From positions 5,643 through 69,642 of the forward strand of contig JAITOU010000027.1 of NCBI GenBank assembly GCA_031289755.1: DNA of 64,000 bases, given 5' to 3'. Below, one piece after another: positions 26,611 through 36,626 of the stretch. Position 1 is the stretch's first letter; every line of letters begins with the position of its first letter. The DNA is from Clostridiales bacterium (GTDB lineage: Bacteria; Bacillota; Clostridia; Christensenellales; JAISNN01). The notes under the pieces were generated by a model that saw nothing but the letters and a program-made list of their open reading frames with translations, did not search any database and had not been told where the DNA came from. The position numbers were made by a program, and so were the translations under genes.

Positions 26611-27510
26611 ATGCCGATAATTATTCCCAAAGCTTTGCCCGCATACGATATACTTACAAAAGAGAATATCTTTGTAATGAATGCGGAACGTGCCGTCGCG
26701 CAGGATATCCGCCCGATAGAGATAGCCGTGCTAAATCTCATGCCGACAAAAATCGACACCGAAACACAGCTCTTGCGTCTTATAGGCAATACGCCGCTTC
26801 AAGTAAACGTGACGCTTTTAAAGACGGGAAGCTACAAGGGGCGCAATACCTCAGAAGAACATCTCGAAAAATTTTACAAAAATTTTTCATCTGTCAAGCA
26901 CAGGCATTTTGACGGCATGGTCATAACGGGCGCGCCCGTCGAAACGCTTGCATTTGAAGATGTATTGTATTGGAACGAGCTTAAAGAAATAATGGACTTC
27001 GCCGACAAAATGGTGACGAGTACGATATATATTTGCTGGGGGGCGCAAGCCGCTCTTTATTATCATTACGGCATACAAAAGGTCGCCTTAGCTTCAAAGA
27101 TGTTCGGCATTTTCCCGGTAAAAAAATTGGTATGCGACCCGCTTTTAAAGGGTATGGACGACGTGTTTTATATTCCGCATTCGCGGCATACGGCGGTTGA
27201 CGAAAAAGCCGTGTATGACTGCAACGCGCTCAAAGTCCTTGCGGCGTCGGAGCGCGCGGGTATATCGATAGCCAAGTCCGCCGACGACAAAAAGATTTTT
27301 CTTACGGGTCACTCCGAATACGACAGATTTACCTTAAAAAAAGAATACGAACGCGATTTGAGCAAGGGCTTAAAGATAAGCCTTCCGTACAATTACTTCT
27401 CGGACAAAGCCTGCCAAAACGTCAAAATGAAATGGCTTAGCGCGGCAAATCTGATTTTTTATAATTGGATAAATTATTATGTGTATCAGGTGACGCCTTA
27501 TAACTTTTAA
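26611..27510 (+). CDS. metA: homoserine O-acyltransferase MetA
   Basis: MPIIIPKALPAYDIL..ENIFVM...QDIRPIEIAVLNLMPTKIDTETQLLRL, WGAQAALY and HSRHT motifs. Confidence 0.9.
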   Translation: MPIIIPKALPAYDILTKENIFVMNAERAVAQDIRPIEIAVLNLMPTKIDTETQLLRLIGNTPLQVNVTLLKTGSYKGRNTSEEHLEKFYKNFSSVKHRHFDGMVITGAPVETLAFEDVLYWNELKEIMDFADKMVTSTIYICWGAQAALYYHYGIQKVALASKMFGIFPVKKLVCDPLLKGMDDVFYIPHSRHTAVDEKAVYDCNALKVLAASERAGISIAKSADDKKIFLTGHSEYDRFTLKKEYERDLSKGLKISLPYNYFSDKACQNVKMKWLSAANLIFYNWINYYVYQVTPYNF

Positions 27511-27731
27511 CCGGACGGGTTTGGCTTTTTAAAATTTTTGCTTAATATTCAAATTTAATACAAAATTTGTTTACTTTTTGCAGTTTTTGATATAAAATAT
27601 ACATAGTCGGAGTATGGTCGTTATCGGGAGATAACGCAAGAGTGCTTATAGGTTAGTTATTTAACGGCGCGGCGCGTTTAAAGCGTATGCTCCGAAAAAT
27701 ATAAAATATTTTACTTTAAGGAGAAAAAACT

Positions 27732-27944
27732 ATGGCAGGCTCGGCGAGATACGAAATCAAAAAGGTCAAAAGAAAGAACGGTAATCATTTTGTTGACGAA
27801 TACGTCTTTTCATTGATTGCTGCAAACAATAAGGTTCTTGCGGAATGCGAAGAGTCTTATTCGACAAAAGAAGCCGCTATCAAAGGCATAGAGGCACTCC
27901 AAAAAATCGCCGTATCGGCGGACATCAGGGATTTGACTGAATAA
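27732..27944 (+). CDS. YegP/DUF1508-family small protein
   Basis: 70 aa. YEIKK...YVFSLIAANNKVLAECEESYSTKEAAIKGIEALQK fits the DUF1508 repeat pattern. AAGGAG lies upstream. Confidence 0.65.
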   Translation: MAGSARYEIKKVKRKNGNHFVDEYVFSLIAANNKVLAECEESYSTKEAAIKGIEALQKIAVSADIRDLTE

Positions 27945-28124
27945 TTTTGAACGGAATGCGGTTTTTTGTTTAAAGCCGCTTTTGTCCGTAAAACCGCCGC
28001 AGCAGCAGGACGGATATATTTTGTTGTGCAAAATTTTTTGTGCGGCGGCTTAAAACAAGACGGTTATTAACGGTGCGGGGGAGAAACCTAAGCCGTTTAC
28101 ACAGATAAAATTTCGGAGGATTAT

Positions 28125-29288
28125 ATGACGCCTTTTATGGATTATTTTGATTTTGAGCTTCCGTCTTCGCCGGTCGGTATTATAGCAATGCCGGGAGCGG
28201 AGAATTTAGGTAAAAAAATCGATAAATATCTCGTGGAGTGGTACAACAAAAAGGCAATAGAATCAAACAAAAAAACCATTATCAAAGAAACCTTTCTCAT
28301 CAACGCGGTCTTTCCGCGTTTTGCCACCGGTGACGGCAAATGCGTCATTTCCGAGACGGTAAGGGGATTGGATTTGTATATCATAGTGGACGTCGGCAAT
28401 TATCATTGCACCTACAAGCTCTTCGGCAAGGAAGTCCCCATGTCGCCCGACGAGCATTTTGCCGACTTAAAGAGAGTCATCTCCGCCGCAGGCGGCAAGC
28501 CAGAGCGGATAACCGTCATCATGCCGATGCTGTACGGCGGCAGGCAGCACAGACGCAATGCACGCGAGTCCTTGGACTGCGCGATAATGCTTCAAGAGCT
28601 TCACGCGATGGGCGTCAAGGAGATTATAACCTTCGACGCGCACGACCCGAGAGTGCAGAACGCCGTTCCGCTCATGGGCTTTGACAATTTTTTCCCTACT
28701 TATCAGATAATCAAAGCAATATACAATAAGTATCATAATTTTGCTTTTGACAAAAACCATTGCATGATAGTCAGCCCCGACGAGGGCGCAATGGGGCGGA
28801 ATATTTATTATGCGTCGGTACTCGGACTTGATCTCGGAATGTTTTATAAACGGAGAGATTATTCGGTCGTCGTAGACGGCAGAAATCCTATCGTGTCTCA
28901 CGATTATATAGGTTCGAGCGTAATGGGTATGGACGTATTTGTCGCGGACGACATAATCGCTACCGGCGATTCGGTGCTTCATCTCGCCCACGACCTAAAA
29001 GAAAAGGGCGCGGGCAGGGTATTTATCCTTGCCACTTACGCTCTCTTTACCGAAGGCTTAGAAGTCTTTGACAAGGCATATGCCGACGGATATATCGAAG
29101 GCGTCATATCGACAAATCTTTCTTATACGAGAGAGGAACTGCACGGCAAGCCGTGGTATATCGAAGCCGACCTTTCAAAATATATCTCTTACATCATCTC
29201 GGCGTGTAATAGAAACAAGTCGGTAAGCGCGCTCTTAGAGCCTATTTCAAAAATACAAGAGCTTATAGACAAAATGAACGCTAAATAA
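28125..29288 (+). CDS. prs: ribose-phosphate pyrophosphokinase (long ~390-aa clostridial form)
   Basis: RQHRRNARESL flexible-loop region, ITFDAHDPRVQNA, VSPDEGAMGR, and the VADDIIATGDSV PRPP-binding motif. Confidence 0.8.
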   Translation: MTPFMDYFDFELPSSPVGIIAMPGAENLGKKIDKYLVEWYNKKAIESNKKTIIKETFLINAVFPRFATGDGKCVISETVRGLDLYIIVDVGNYHCTYKLFGKEVPMSPDEHFADLKRVISAAGGKPERITVIMPMLYGGRQHRRNARESLDCAIMLQELHAMGVKEIITFDAHDPRVQNAVPLMGFDNFFPTYQIIKAIYNKYHNFAFDKNHCMIVSPDEGAMGRNIYYASVLGLDLGMFYKRRDYSVVVDGRNPIVSHDYIGSSVMGMDVFVADDIIATGDSVLHLAHDLKEKGAGRVFILATYALFTEGLEVFDKAYADGYIEGVISTNLSYTREELHGKPWYIEADLSKYISYIISACNRNKSVSALLEPISKIQELIDKMNAK

Positions 29289-29676
29289 TTAGTTTTAAAG
29301 GCGTTACATACACTTTGACTTGATTGCGAACGGTCTAAAAACCGTTCGATATCTATTAAAGCAGACACGCCGTAGTTTAAAAATACGAATTTTGAAAATA
29401 ATTCTTTATAATATATTGATTTTTGTTTTACGCCGTATATAGCGGTTTTGGGTATATATTATTATTTGCAGGCATATCTTGATATCAGCGAAGTCAAATT
29501 CGGAGTCGCAAATGGAATTTTTTGATATTTTCCGGCATTTTTTATGATGTTTTTTTATCTTTGCAAAAGCACTTTTATTATAGAATTTCATCTTTTTTGC
29601 GGCGCGGATTTTTTTGAAATTATCGGGCGGTAAAAAGGTTTGCGGTTATAATTTGTCAATATCAAAGGAGTCAACA

Positions 29677-31182
29677 ATGAGTAAAGACGAGTTGATAGAA
29701 TTCGGGTGGAACGACAACGATTTAAACAAAGAAAGCCTTCTCGAAAAGGGCATTTTTGAGCTGCGCTTTGCTGCGCGAAAAGTCGGGGTAACTTCGCCCA
29801 CAACACAAAGCAAAGGGGAGCTTGTCGATAATATTCTCAATATTTTATCGGGCAACACGCTGCCCGACGAAAGGGACAAAAGACGCGGACGTCCGCCCGT
29901 GCCGAATTTTTTGGAAAGAAAAAGCACTACGGCACAGCCTGCCCAAAAGAGCGACACCGACGAAGGCGAAGCGCATACCGACGTTCCGTATCAAAATCTT
30001 CCGCCGCGTTCAAATACCTTAAAAGAAAGCGCACCGCTTTTTGACAACGATTTGGAAGTCCGTGAAGGGATTTTGGATATTCACCCTGACGGCTACGGAT
30101 TTATAAGGGTAAAAAACTGCGAATACGACGAAAAGGACGCCTACATTCACGCCGCCAAGATAAAGAGATTGGGGCTTAGATGCGGCGACGTCATAAAAGG
30201 GCAGTGCCGCATGACAAACGACGGCAAGCCTTCTATGGTCATCATCATATCGGTCAACGGACTTCATGTCGAGGAACTGAATAAGCGTCCGTATTTTGAC
30301 GATTTAAAGCCGATTTTTCCCGACGAAAAATTTTGTCTGGAATGCGGCGACAGCCGTAACGATTTTGCCATACGGAGCATAGACCTGATAGCGCCGATAG
30401 GCAAGGGGCAGCGCGCGCTCATCGTTTCTCCGCCGAAAGCCGGCAAAACTACCTTACTCAAAAAAATCGCTAAGGGAATATCAATCAATTATCCCGAAGT
30501 CCTGCTTCTCGTTCTCTTGATAGACGAAAGACCGGAGGAGGTCACGGACATACAGCGTTCGATTAAGGGCGAGGTGGTGTATTCGACCTTTGACGAAACT
30601 CCCGAGCATCATACGATGGCGGCGGAGATATTGCTAAACAAAGCCAAAAGGCACGTGGAGCTTGGCAAGGACGTCGTAATAATGATGGACAGCTTGACGA
30701 GATTGGCTCGTGCCTATAACGCGACCATTCCGCCAACGGGAAGGACTTTGAGCGGCGGTATAGACCCTGCCGCACTCCAAAATCCTAAGAAATTTTTTGG
30801 CGCTGCGCGTAATGTCGAACACGGCGGAAGTCTGACAATCATCGCGACGGCGTTGATAGACACAGGCAGCCGTATGGACGACGTAATATATGAAGAATTT
30901 AAAGGCACGGGCAATATGGAAATCCATCTTGACCGCAGATTGTCCGAAAAGAGAATTTTTCCGGCTATCGACCTAAATAAGAGCAGTACAAGACGCGAGG
31001 ATTTGCTACTGACGCCGCAAGAATTAGACGCCGTATGGGGAATAAGGAGATTGCTTTCGTCGGGCGATACCGTCGAAGCTACCGAAAAACTCATGACTAT
31101 CATGATGAAGACAAAAAACAACGGAGAATTTGTCGACCAAATGAACAAAATGATGCAGTCTATGAAGAAAGGAAATTCATAA
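29677..31182 (+). CDS. rho: transcription termination factor Rho (with an ~80-aa insertion after the Rho_N domain)
   Basis: ATG at 29677 is preceded by AAGGAG. Rho_N ([11 protein letters not shown]), CSD ([14 protein letters not shown]), Walker [23 protein letters not shown] and [14 protein letters not shown] motifs. Confidence 0.95.
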   Translation: MSKDELIEFGWNDNDLNKESLLEKGIFELRFAARKVGVTSPTTQSKGELVDNILNILSGNTLPDERDKRRGRPPVPNFLERKSTTAQPAQKSDTDEGEAHTDVPYQNLPPRSNTLKESAPLFDNDLEVREGILDIHPDGYGFIRVKNCEYDEKDAYIHAAKIKRLGLRCGDVIKGQCRMTNDGKPSMVIIISVNGLHVEELNKRPYFDDLKPIFPDEKFCLECGDSRNDFAIRSIDLIAPIGKGQRALIVSPPKAGKTTLLKKIAKGISINYPEVLLLVLLIDERPEEVTDIQRSIKGEVVYSTFDETPEHHTMAAEILLNKAKRHVELGKDVVIMMDSLTRLARAYNATIPPTGRTLSGGIDPAALQNPKKFFGAARNVEHGGSLTIIATALIDTGSRMDDVIYEEFKGTGNMEIHLDRRLSEKRIFPAIDLNKSSTRREDLLLTPQELDAVWGIRRLLSSGDTVEATEKLMTIMMKTKNNGEFVDQMNKMMQSMKKGNS

Positions 31183-31213
31183 AAAATGTAATAGCCTAAA
31201 AGGACATAAGACA

Positions 31214-31873
31214 ATGGTAAACATAGGAAATTCTTGGGACGGGCTGTTAAAAGATGATTTTTGCAGTCAGAATTACACAAAGCTAAGAGAGTTTTTGACG
31301 GAAGAGTATTCGCAGTATACCGTATATCCCGATATGTTCGACATCTTTAACGCTTTCAAATTTACCGATTATAACGACGTCAAAGCTCTGATTTTGGGGC
31401 AAGACCCTTACATAAACGAAGGTCAGGCGCACGGCTTGTCTTTTTCGGTCAAGCAAGGCGTGGATATGCCGCCGTCGCTCATCAATATCTTTAAGGAAAT
31501 GAAGAACGACATCGGCAAGGAATGTCCGAAGAGCGGTTGTCTCGAAGCGTGGGCGGACGCGGGCGTCATGATGCTGAACGCGGTTTTGACGGTGAGAAAA
31601 GGACTGTCTAACAGCCACAAGGGCAAGGGTTGGGAATTTTTGACGGACAGGGTTATTTCGCTCTTGAACGAAAGAGAAAAACCCGTCGTCTTTATACTTT
31701 GGGGAAGAAACGCCAGAGATAAAAAACCGCTCATTACAAATTCTCGGCATCTCATTATCGAATCGGCTCATCCGAGTCCGCTTTCGGCAAACAACGGCTT
31801 TTTTGGCTCGAAGCCTTTTTCGGCGGCAAACGTTTTTTTGAAAAAGAACGGAATAGAAGAGATAAAATGGTAA
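31214..31873 (+). CDS. ung: uracil-DNA glycosylase
   Basis: [21 protein letters not shown] and HPSPLSA motifs. Confidence 0.95.
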   Translation: MVNIGNSWDGLLKDDFCSQNYTKLREFLTEEYSQYTVYPDMFDIFNAFKFTDYNDVKALILGQDPYINEGQAHGLSFSVKQGVDMPPSLINIFKEMKNDIGKECPKSGCLEAWADAGVMMLNAVLTVRKGLSNSHKGKGWEFLTDRVISLLNEREKPVVFILWGRNARDKKPLITNSRHLIIESAHPSPLSANNGFFGSKPFSAANVFLKKNGIEEIKW

Positions 31874-32037
31874 AAAAATATACGGCATTTATGAGCCGTA
31901 GAAAAGCATTTGACAGTTTTTTATAAAGCTTCAAGCATTATAATAAATAAATTCAAAAAAACGCATACTAATATTGATTTGCATTCGGAATGTATTTGCA
32001 CTCCGGTAACGAATCAAAAAAGGGGAGGCGTTTTTTT

Positions 32038-32472
32038 ATGATAAAAGCAAAATTCTATATTTCAAACGAAAACGTAATTTTTTACGATACGACGGGCAAC
32101 GGCACGGGCGGCGATATGAGAGCCGACTTAAAAGCCCTTAATGCGGATGCGAATCCCGAAACGTGCGACCGCCATGAGCTGATACGGGAATATATGAAGG
32201 ACGGTCTTAGGGTCAAGATAGGCAAAACGCCGCATGAGATGACCGTTAAGCATTATATCAAGTGGGTCTTTGTCGAAACAAAAGACGGCGCAAGCTTCCG
32301 CAACTTAGAACCGATAAATCTTCCCGAAGCGTGGTTTCCGGTCGCCGAAACGGACGTGGTAGATATATACGCCTATTGCAATTTGCACGGACTTTTGAAG
32401 TCCGACGTTCCCGAAAACAAGTACAATCAAGCGTCCGTTTCCCCCGAATTTACAGGCGGCGTCAGAAAATAA
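32038..32472 (+). CDS. superoxide-reductase-like (desulfoferrodoxin ferrous-iron-binding domain) protein
   Basis: ATG at 32038 has GGGGAGG upstream. DRHELI...HEMTVKHYIKW...AYCNLHGLL parallels the SOR ligand motifs KHVP...HPMxxxHxIxW...YCNLHGLW. The N-terminal ~45 aa lacks the CxxC desulforedoxin motif. Confidence 0.7.
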   Translation: MIKAKFYISNENVIFYDTTGNGTGGDMRADLKALNADANPETCDRHELIREYMKDGLRVKIGKTPHEMTVKHYIKWVFVETKDGASFRNLEPINLPEAWFPVAETDVVDIYAYCNLHGLLKSDVPENKYNQASVSPEFTGGVRK

Positions 32473-32648
32473 GAAGGGTACTGTACCGCATAAAACAGAC
32501 GATAAAAGATGCAAGCGTCAAAAAATAAAATATGCCGCGTTTAATTTTGCGGCATATCGCATTTTTGAATAAAAAAAGGCTTACGGCTTTTATAGAGTTT
32601 TCAGAGTGAAAAGCTTAAATGTTTTTAGAGCGAAAAGGCTTAAATTGA

Positions 32649-32677
32649 TTGACAACGTGCGAAATGTTGTGATAATA
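32649..32677 (+). promoter_or_regulatory. sigma-A-type promoter for tRNA-Thr
   Basis: ttgaca at 32649-32654, a 17-nt spacer, then ataata/taatat about 20 nt upstream of the tRNA 5' end. Confidence 0.6.
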
Positions 32678-32698
32678 TATATAGGCTGTTTTGTGTTC

Positions 32699-32774
32699 GC
32701 TGATGTGGCTCAGTCGGTAGAGCAGTTCACTCGTAATGAACAGGTCGTGAGTCCGATTCTCACCATCAGCTCCA
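32699..32774 (+). tRNA. tRNA-Thr (anticodon CGU), CCA encoded
   Basis: Acceptor stem gctgatg/catcagc. D-arm is ggctcagtcggtagagc. Anticodon stem gttca/tgaac carries loop cuCGUaa. T-arm is gtgagtccgattctcac. Discriminator is t, followed by cca. Total 76 nt. Confidence 0.9.
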
Positions 32775-32781
32775 TAAAAAA

Positions 32782-32816
32782 AGACTACGATATGTTGTAG
32801 TCTTTTTTGTTTTTTA
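32782..32816 (+). terminator. intrinsic terminator after tRNA-Thr
   Basis: Hairpin agactac-gatatgtt-gtagtct followed by tttttgtttttt. Confidence 0.75.
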
Positions 32817-32876
32817 TACGAATATAGTTTTTTTGCTTTTGTTTTTATATAGGTACAAATGGTACAGTTTGTTTCT

Positions 32877-34091
32877 TTAAATCAAACCGATAGGGATAAT
32901 CAGAGTTTTACGGTCAATAGCATTAAAACGGTCATTGAGACAAATAATTGCACCCGAGCCTTGCTTCAAGCCGGATTTTTCGATAAGTCGGAATGTGCCT
33001 GTGATTCGCTTGTCAATAGTCGATGCTTTTTTAATCTCTACCGGATACAGCTTTTGGTTTTGCTCTATCAGCAAATCAATTTCGCGCATATCTGAGTCGC
33101 GGTAGTAGTAAATGAAAGGGCGGCGACCTGCGTTTATATATGTCTTCATTATCTCGGATATAGCAAAGGTTTCAAGTAATGCGCCGGAAGCCGCTCCCGT
33201 CATCATTGCGTTTGCGCTGTTCCATTTTGAAAGGAAACATACAAGCCCCGTATCATAAAAATATATTTTTGGCTTTTTAATTGTACGCTTTAAGAGATTG
33301 TTTGAATACGGATGCAAGTAAAAGATAATGCCGAGCGTTTCTAATATATCGAGCCAGCCTTGCGCCGTCGGAAGGGAAATTCCTGCGTCGCGAGCGATTT
33401 CGGTGACATTTAGAATTTGTGCGCTACGCACTGCCGTCGCAGTAAGAAACCGAAAGAATTTTTCTTCATCGACCTGCGCGATTGCTCGTATGTCGCGTTG
33501 CAGATAGGTGGTGATATAGGAAGAATAGTAGAAAGCGGTATCGGAACGCGCTCCGCTTACGATAAGCGGCATTGAACCGTTAAAAATTCGTTCAAAAATA
33601 AACGGCGCATCAATATTTGCAGGCAGCGTCTTGTCGACATAATCGTCAAAATCGGGCAGAAAAGGTCGATTCGGCAAGCCGATAATTTCGCTTAACGCAA
33701 TACCTTGCATATCGAGTATGGCAATACGTCCTGCAAGCGATTCCGAAACACTGCGCATAAGCCGATAAATTTGCGAGCCTGTCAAGATGAAATCTCCCGC
33801 ACGGTGATTTTTGTCGACAATCATTTTGATATACGGAAAAAGCTCCGGCGCATATTGCACTTCGTCTATGCAAATCGGCGGTTTGTATATTTGCAAAAAT
33901 AATTTCGGGTCGTTTTTTGCCATATCGCGGACTGCAATGTCGTCGAGTGAAATATATGTGCGCGGCACGGCTTCTTGCAGGTTTTCTATAAGCGTAGTCT
34001 TTCCGACCTGACGCGGACCGGATATGAGTATGCAGGGATATTCTTTAATCAGGCTTGAAACCACCTGTTCGATGTGACGTTTAATATACAT
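32877..34091 (-). CDS. AAA+ ATPase with C-terminal DUF4143-type domain (COG1373)
   Basis: 404 aa. Walker A ISGPRQVGKTT and Walker B ICIDEVQ. The C-terminal PFIYYYRDSDMREIDLLIE...YPVEIK block is a restriction-endonuclease-like fold signature of this family. Confidence 0.85.
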   Translation of the reverse strand: MYIKRHIEQVVSSLIKEYPCILISGPRQVGKTTLIENLQEAVPRTYISLDDIAVRDMAKNDPKLFLQIYKPPICIDEVQYAPELFPYIKMIVDKNHRAGDFILTGSQIYRLMRSVSESLAGRIAILDMQGIALSEIIGLPNRPFLPDFDDYVDKTLPANIDAPFIFERIFNGSMPLIVSGARSDTAFYYSSYITTYLQRDIRAIAQVDEEKFFRFLTATAVRSAQILNVTEIARDAGISLPTAQGWLDILETLGIIFYLHPYSNNLLKRTIKKPKIYFYDTGLVCFLSKWNSANAMMTGAASGALLETFAISEIMKTYINAGRRPFIYYYRDSDMREIDLLIEQNQKLYPVEIKKASTIDKRITGTFRLIEKSGLKQGSGAIICLNDRFNAIDRKTLIIPIGLI

Positions 34092-34301
34092 AAAGCCTCT
34101 AAAAACAGTTAAACTCTAACTGTTATTAGAGTTTAACAGGAAAATAGATGAATGTCAAGAGGTTTATTATAATAAAAAGGATAAGTTGTTTAAAAACATT
34201 TAAGGGCAACACTCACGCATAGGGAAGTACAGCGCATTGTTAGACGACGTTCTTTACTATAAAACGCGCTTTGCCATAGTGGGAATGCAGGAAGACTCAT
34301 C

Positions 34302-34330
34302 AAAAAAAGCCGCTTAAAGCAGCTTTTTTG
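34302..34330 (-). terminator. intrinsic terminator of the GDPD gene
   Basis: Read on the minus strand: hairpin agctgct-tta-agcggct followed by T7. Confidence 0.6.
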
Positions 34331-34421
34331 TTTTAAAAATTAAATTTTTCGGCTCTTTTGTTGCAAAAACTTCAAGGGATATGCTATACTAAAACCGCAG
34401 TCAAATATTGTCAAACAATCC

Positions 34422-35153
34422 TTACGGCAAGAGTCCTTCAAAAATAAAATTGTCGCAATATTTATTGGCGGTTTCGAGTTCTTCGGGGGTTTTTACGGTC
34501 CAGGCGAGAAGCTTTTTGCCTTCGAGACGGGCGGTTTCGATATATTTGTTGGGAATGTCCGTTACGCTGTATGAGATAAAATCAGGCTTGTTGATTTTGC
34601 GGAAGCGGAGAGATTTTAGAGCGTAGGCAAGCCCTTGTTCTAATCGTTTGCCCTTGTAAAAAGCCGCGAGCTGACCGCGCCAAAGCTCCGGCGCGTGTTT
34701 TTTGAACCAAGAAACGGAAAGGGGATTGAAGGACTGAACGGCGCATTCGCCTTTGTAATCCTTCAAAATATTATATGCCGCTTCTTCGAGCTTGCCGCCT
34801 GCCGTCAAGGTTTTAAATTCGAGAAGCAAGCCGGTTTTGCCTTCGGCTACGGACAATAAATCCTCGAAAAGGGGAATCGTTTCGCCGGTTTTGCCGAGAA
34901 AATAATTTTTGAGGTCGCCGGACGAAAGCTCGGTGATTTTGGAATCGATACCGCACATACGCTTTGTATTCAAATCGTGAAAAAGGGCGATTTTTCCGTC
35001 CTTTAACAGATACAAATCCGTCTCGATATTGTAGCCGTGTTCTATGGCATTTACAAATGCCGATAAGGAGTTTTCGGGGAACGTGTCGTTGTGAAGTCCC
35101 CTGTGAGCAATGCGCCTTTCAAACAGCCAATCCGCGTTTAGTTTTTCTTTCAT
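34422..35153 (-). CDS. glycerophosphodiester phosphodiesterase
   Basis: IAHRGLHNDTFPENSLSAFVNAIEHGYNIETDLYLLKDGKIALFHD is a classic GDPD N-terminal signature. Confidence 0.85.
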   Translation of the reverse strand: MKEKLNADWLFERRIAHRGLHNDTFPENSLSAFVNAIEHGYNIETDLYLLKDGKIALFHDLNTKRMCGIDSKITELSSGDLKNYFLGKTGETIPLFEDLLSVAEGKTGLLLEFKTLTAGGKLEEAAYNILKDYKGECAVQSFNPLSVSWFKKHAPELWRGQLAAFYKGKRLEQGLAYALKSLRFRKINKPDFISYSVTDIPNKYIETARLEGKKLLAWTVKTPEELETANKYCDNFIFEGLLP

Positions 35154-35336
35154 ACATCACACCTCTGCATATGTATTGACGGCGGATAAGAGCAAATGTT
35201 TTGACCGACCGTCGGTATATAATCGACTTATCAAATCACGATAAGTATTGAACAAGTCAAGTAAATTATACTTTTTTTTGATAATAATGTCAATATAATA
35301 AAGTGAAATTAAACGAGAAAAACAAGGAGTAAAAAA

Positions 35337-35582
35337 GTGGGAATAAAAAACAGTTACAGATATTTTTCCAACAAGGAATGTCAATATTATACCGAATGCC
35401 ACGGCGGCGTAGAAAAAAATTGTATGTTTTGTTTTTGCCCCTTGTACGGCTCGGATTGCAAGGGAAATTTTGCCGTATTGAGCAACGGACTTAAAGATTG
35501 CAGCAATTGTATGATACCCCATACCGAAGCGGGTTATGACTACATAATGACTTTTTTAATAAGGAAACCGCGCTCAAATTAG
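35337..35582 (+). CDS. cysteine-rich small domain (PF04071-like) protein
   Basis: GTG start with AAGGAG upstream. ECQYYTECHGG..NCMFCFCPLYGSDCKGNF...CSNCMIPH pattern. Confidence 0.6.
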   Translation: MGIKNSYRYFSNKECQYYTECHGGVEKNCMFCFCPLYGSDCKGNFAVLSNGLKDCSNCMIPHTEAGYDYIMTFLIRKPRSN

Positions 35583-35654
35583 ATGGAATATTAAACTGCG
35601 TCTTTTTTTGCAGCCAACCGCCGATTTAATCTATAAAAAGGGGATAGGTATAAT

Positions 35655-35703
35655 AAAAAATCGGGAGCCGTCATTTTGTTTAACAGCTCCCGATGTTTTT
35701 TTT
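35655..35703. terminator. bidirectional intrinsic terminator
   Basis: A6, then hairpin atcgggagc ... gctcccgat, then gT8. It lies between the convergent 35337 (+) and 35751 (-) genes. Confidence 0.7.
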
Positions 35704-35750
35704 GATTATCAAATAAATATGCCCGTAAATTATTATGTCACAGGAAAAGA

Positions 35751-36317
35751 TTATTTAAAATATCTGTTGAGCAGACCGATAAAGCCCTTGCCGTGACGTG
35801 CTTCGTCCTTTGCCATTTCGTGTACGGTGTCGTGTACGGCATCATAGCCGAGTTCTTTTGCGCGTTTTGCAATCTTCAACTTGCCTTCGCAAGCACCGTG
35901 TTCGGCTTGCGCTCTCAGTTCGAGGTTTTTCTTTGTCGACGGCGTTACTACGTCGCCCAATAGCTCGGCAAATCTCGAAGCATGGTCGGCTTCTTCGTAG
36001 GCGTATCTCTTGTAAGCTTCGGCTATTTCGGGATAACCTTCTCTCTCCGCTTGTCTGCCCATAGCGAGATACATACCTACCTCCGTACACTCGCCGAGAA
36101 AATGCTCTTTGAGTCCGGCTACGACTTCGGCATCAAGACCTACCGCCACTCCGATACGGTGTTCGTCGGCAAAAGGCGTTGCAAGAGTCAGCTTCGCGCC
36201 GCTTCCGTCGGCAAGCTCGCTGAATTTTGCCTTAGGGGCTTTGCACTGAGGACAAAAATCCGGAGCGTCGTTTCCTTCGTGAACGTAACCGCATACTGAA
36301 CATACAAATTTTTTCAT
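35751..36317 (-). CDS. reverse rubrerythrin (N-terminal rubredoxin-like + C-terminal diiron ferritin-like domain)
   Basis: [23 protein letters not shown] is followed by the ExxH-type diiron helices ([38 protein letters not shown]). Confidence 0.9.
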   Translation of the reverse strand: MKKFVCSVCGYVHEGNDAPDFCPQCKAPKAKFSELADGSGAKLTLATPFADEHRIGVAVGLDAEVVAGLKEHFLGECTEVGMYLAMGRQAEREGYPEIAEAYKRYAYEEADHASRFAELLGDVVTPSTKKNLELRAQAEHGACEGKLKIAKRAKELGYDAVHDTVHEMAKDEARHGKGFIGLLNRYFK

Positions 36318-36626
36318 ATTAAATTGCTCTCCTTATTAAGAATTGTTATTAATAATATATTAGCACATAAATTTTAGTTTGTCAATATTTTTAAGTAAAT
36401 TTTTTAATTTTTTTATAAGTGATACGCTCATTCGCATGATAGACGGCTTTATTGCTCAAAGACTGCGTAGTATGCTTGCTTTTAGGTTTTTTTGCGGCGT
36501 TTATAAGGCTTTTATAGGGGATTGGGTTCACAAAGAGATAAAAGAATTACTTATGGGTTTATAAGTTTTTTTGCGGTCATGCGCCGTGATTTTTGTCGAT
36601 TTGTTGTTTACTTCTCAAAATTTATG

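Noticed and set aside
31900-32037. PerR-box-like TTATAATAAATAAAT upstream of the SOR-like gene
   Set aside because: It matches only about 12 of 15 positions of TTATAATNATTATAA in very AT-rich DNA. That is not distinguishable from chance by eye.
32606-32800. 64-codon ORF overlapping tRNA-Thr
   Set aside because: The tRNA cloverleaf, its promoter and its terminator explain the sequence. The ORF has no SD.
35157-35522. 121-codon minus-strand ORF overlapping the Cys-rich small-domain gene
   Set aside because: The + strand ORF has a recognisable conserved Cys pattern and an AAGGAG SD. The minus-strand translation has no features and no SD.
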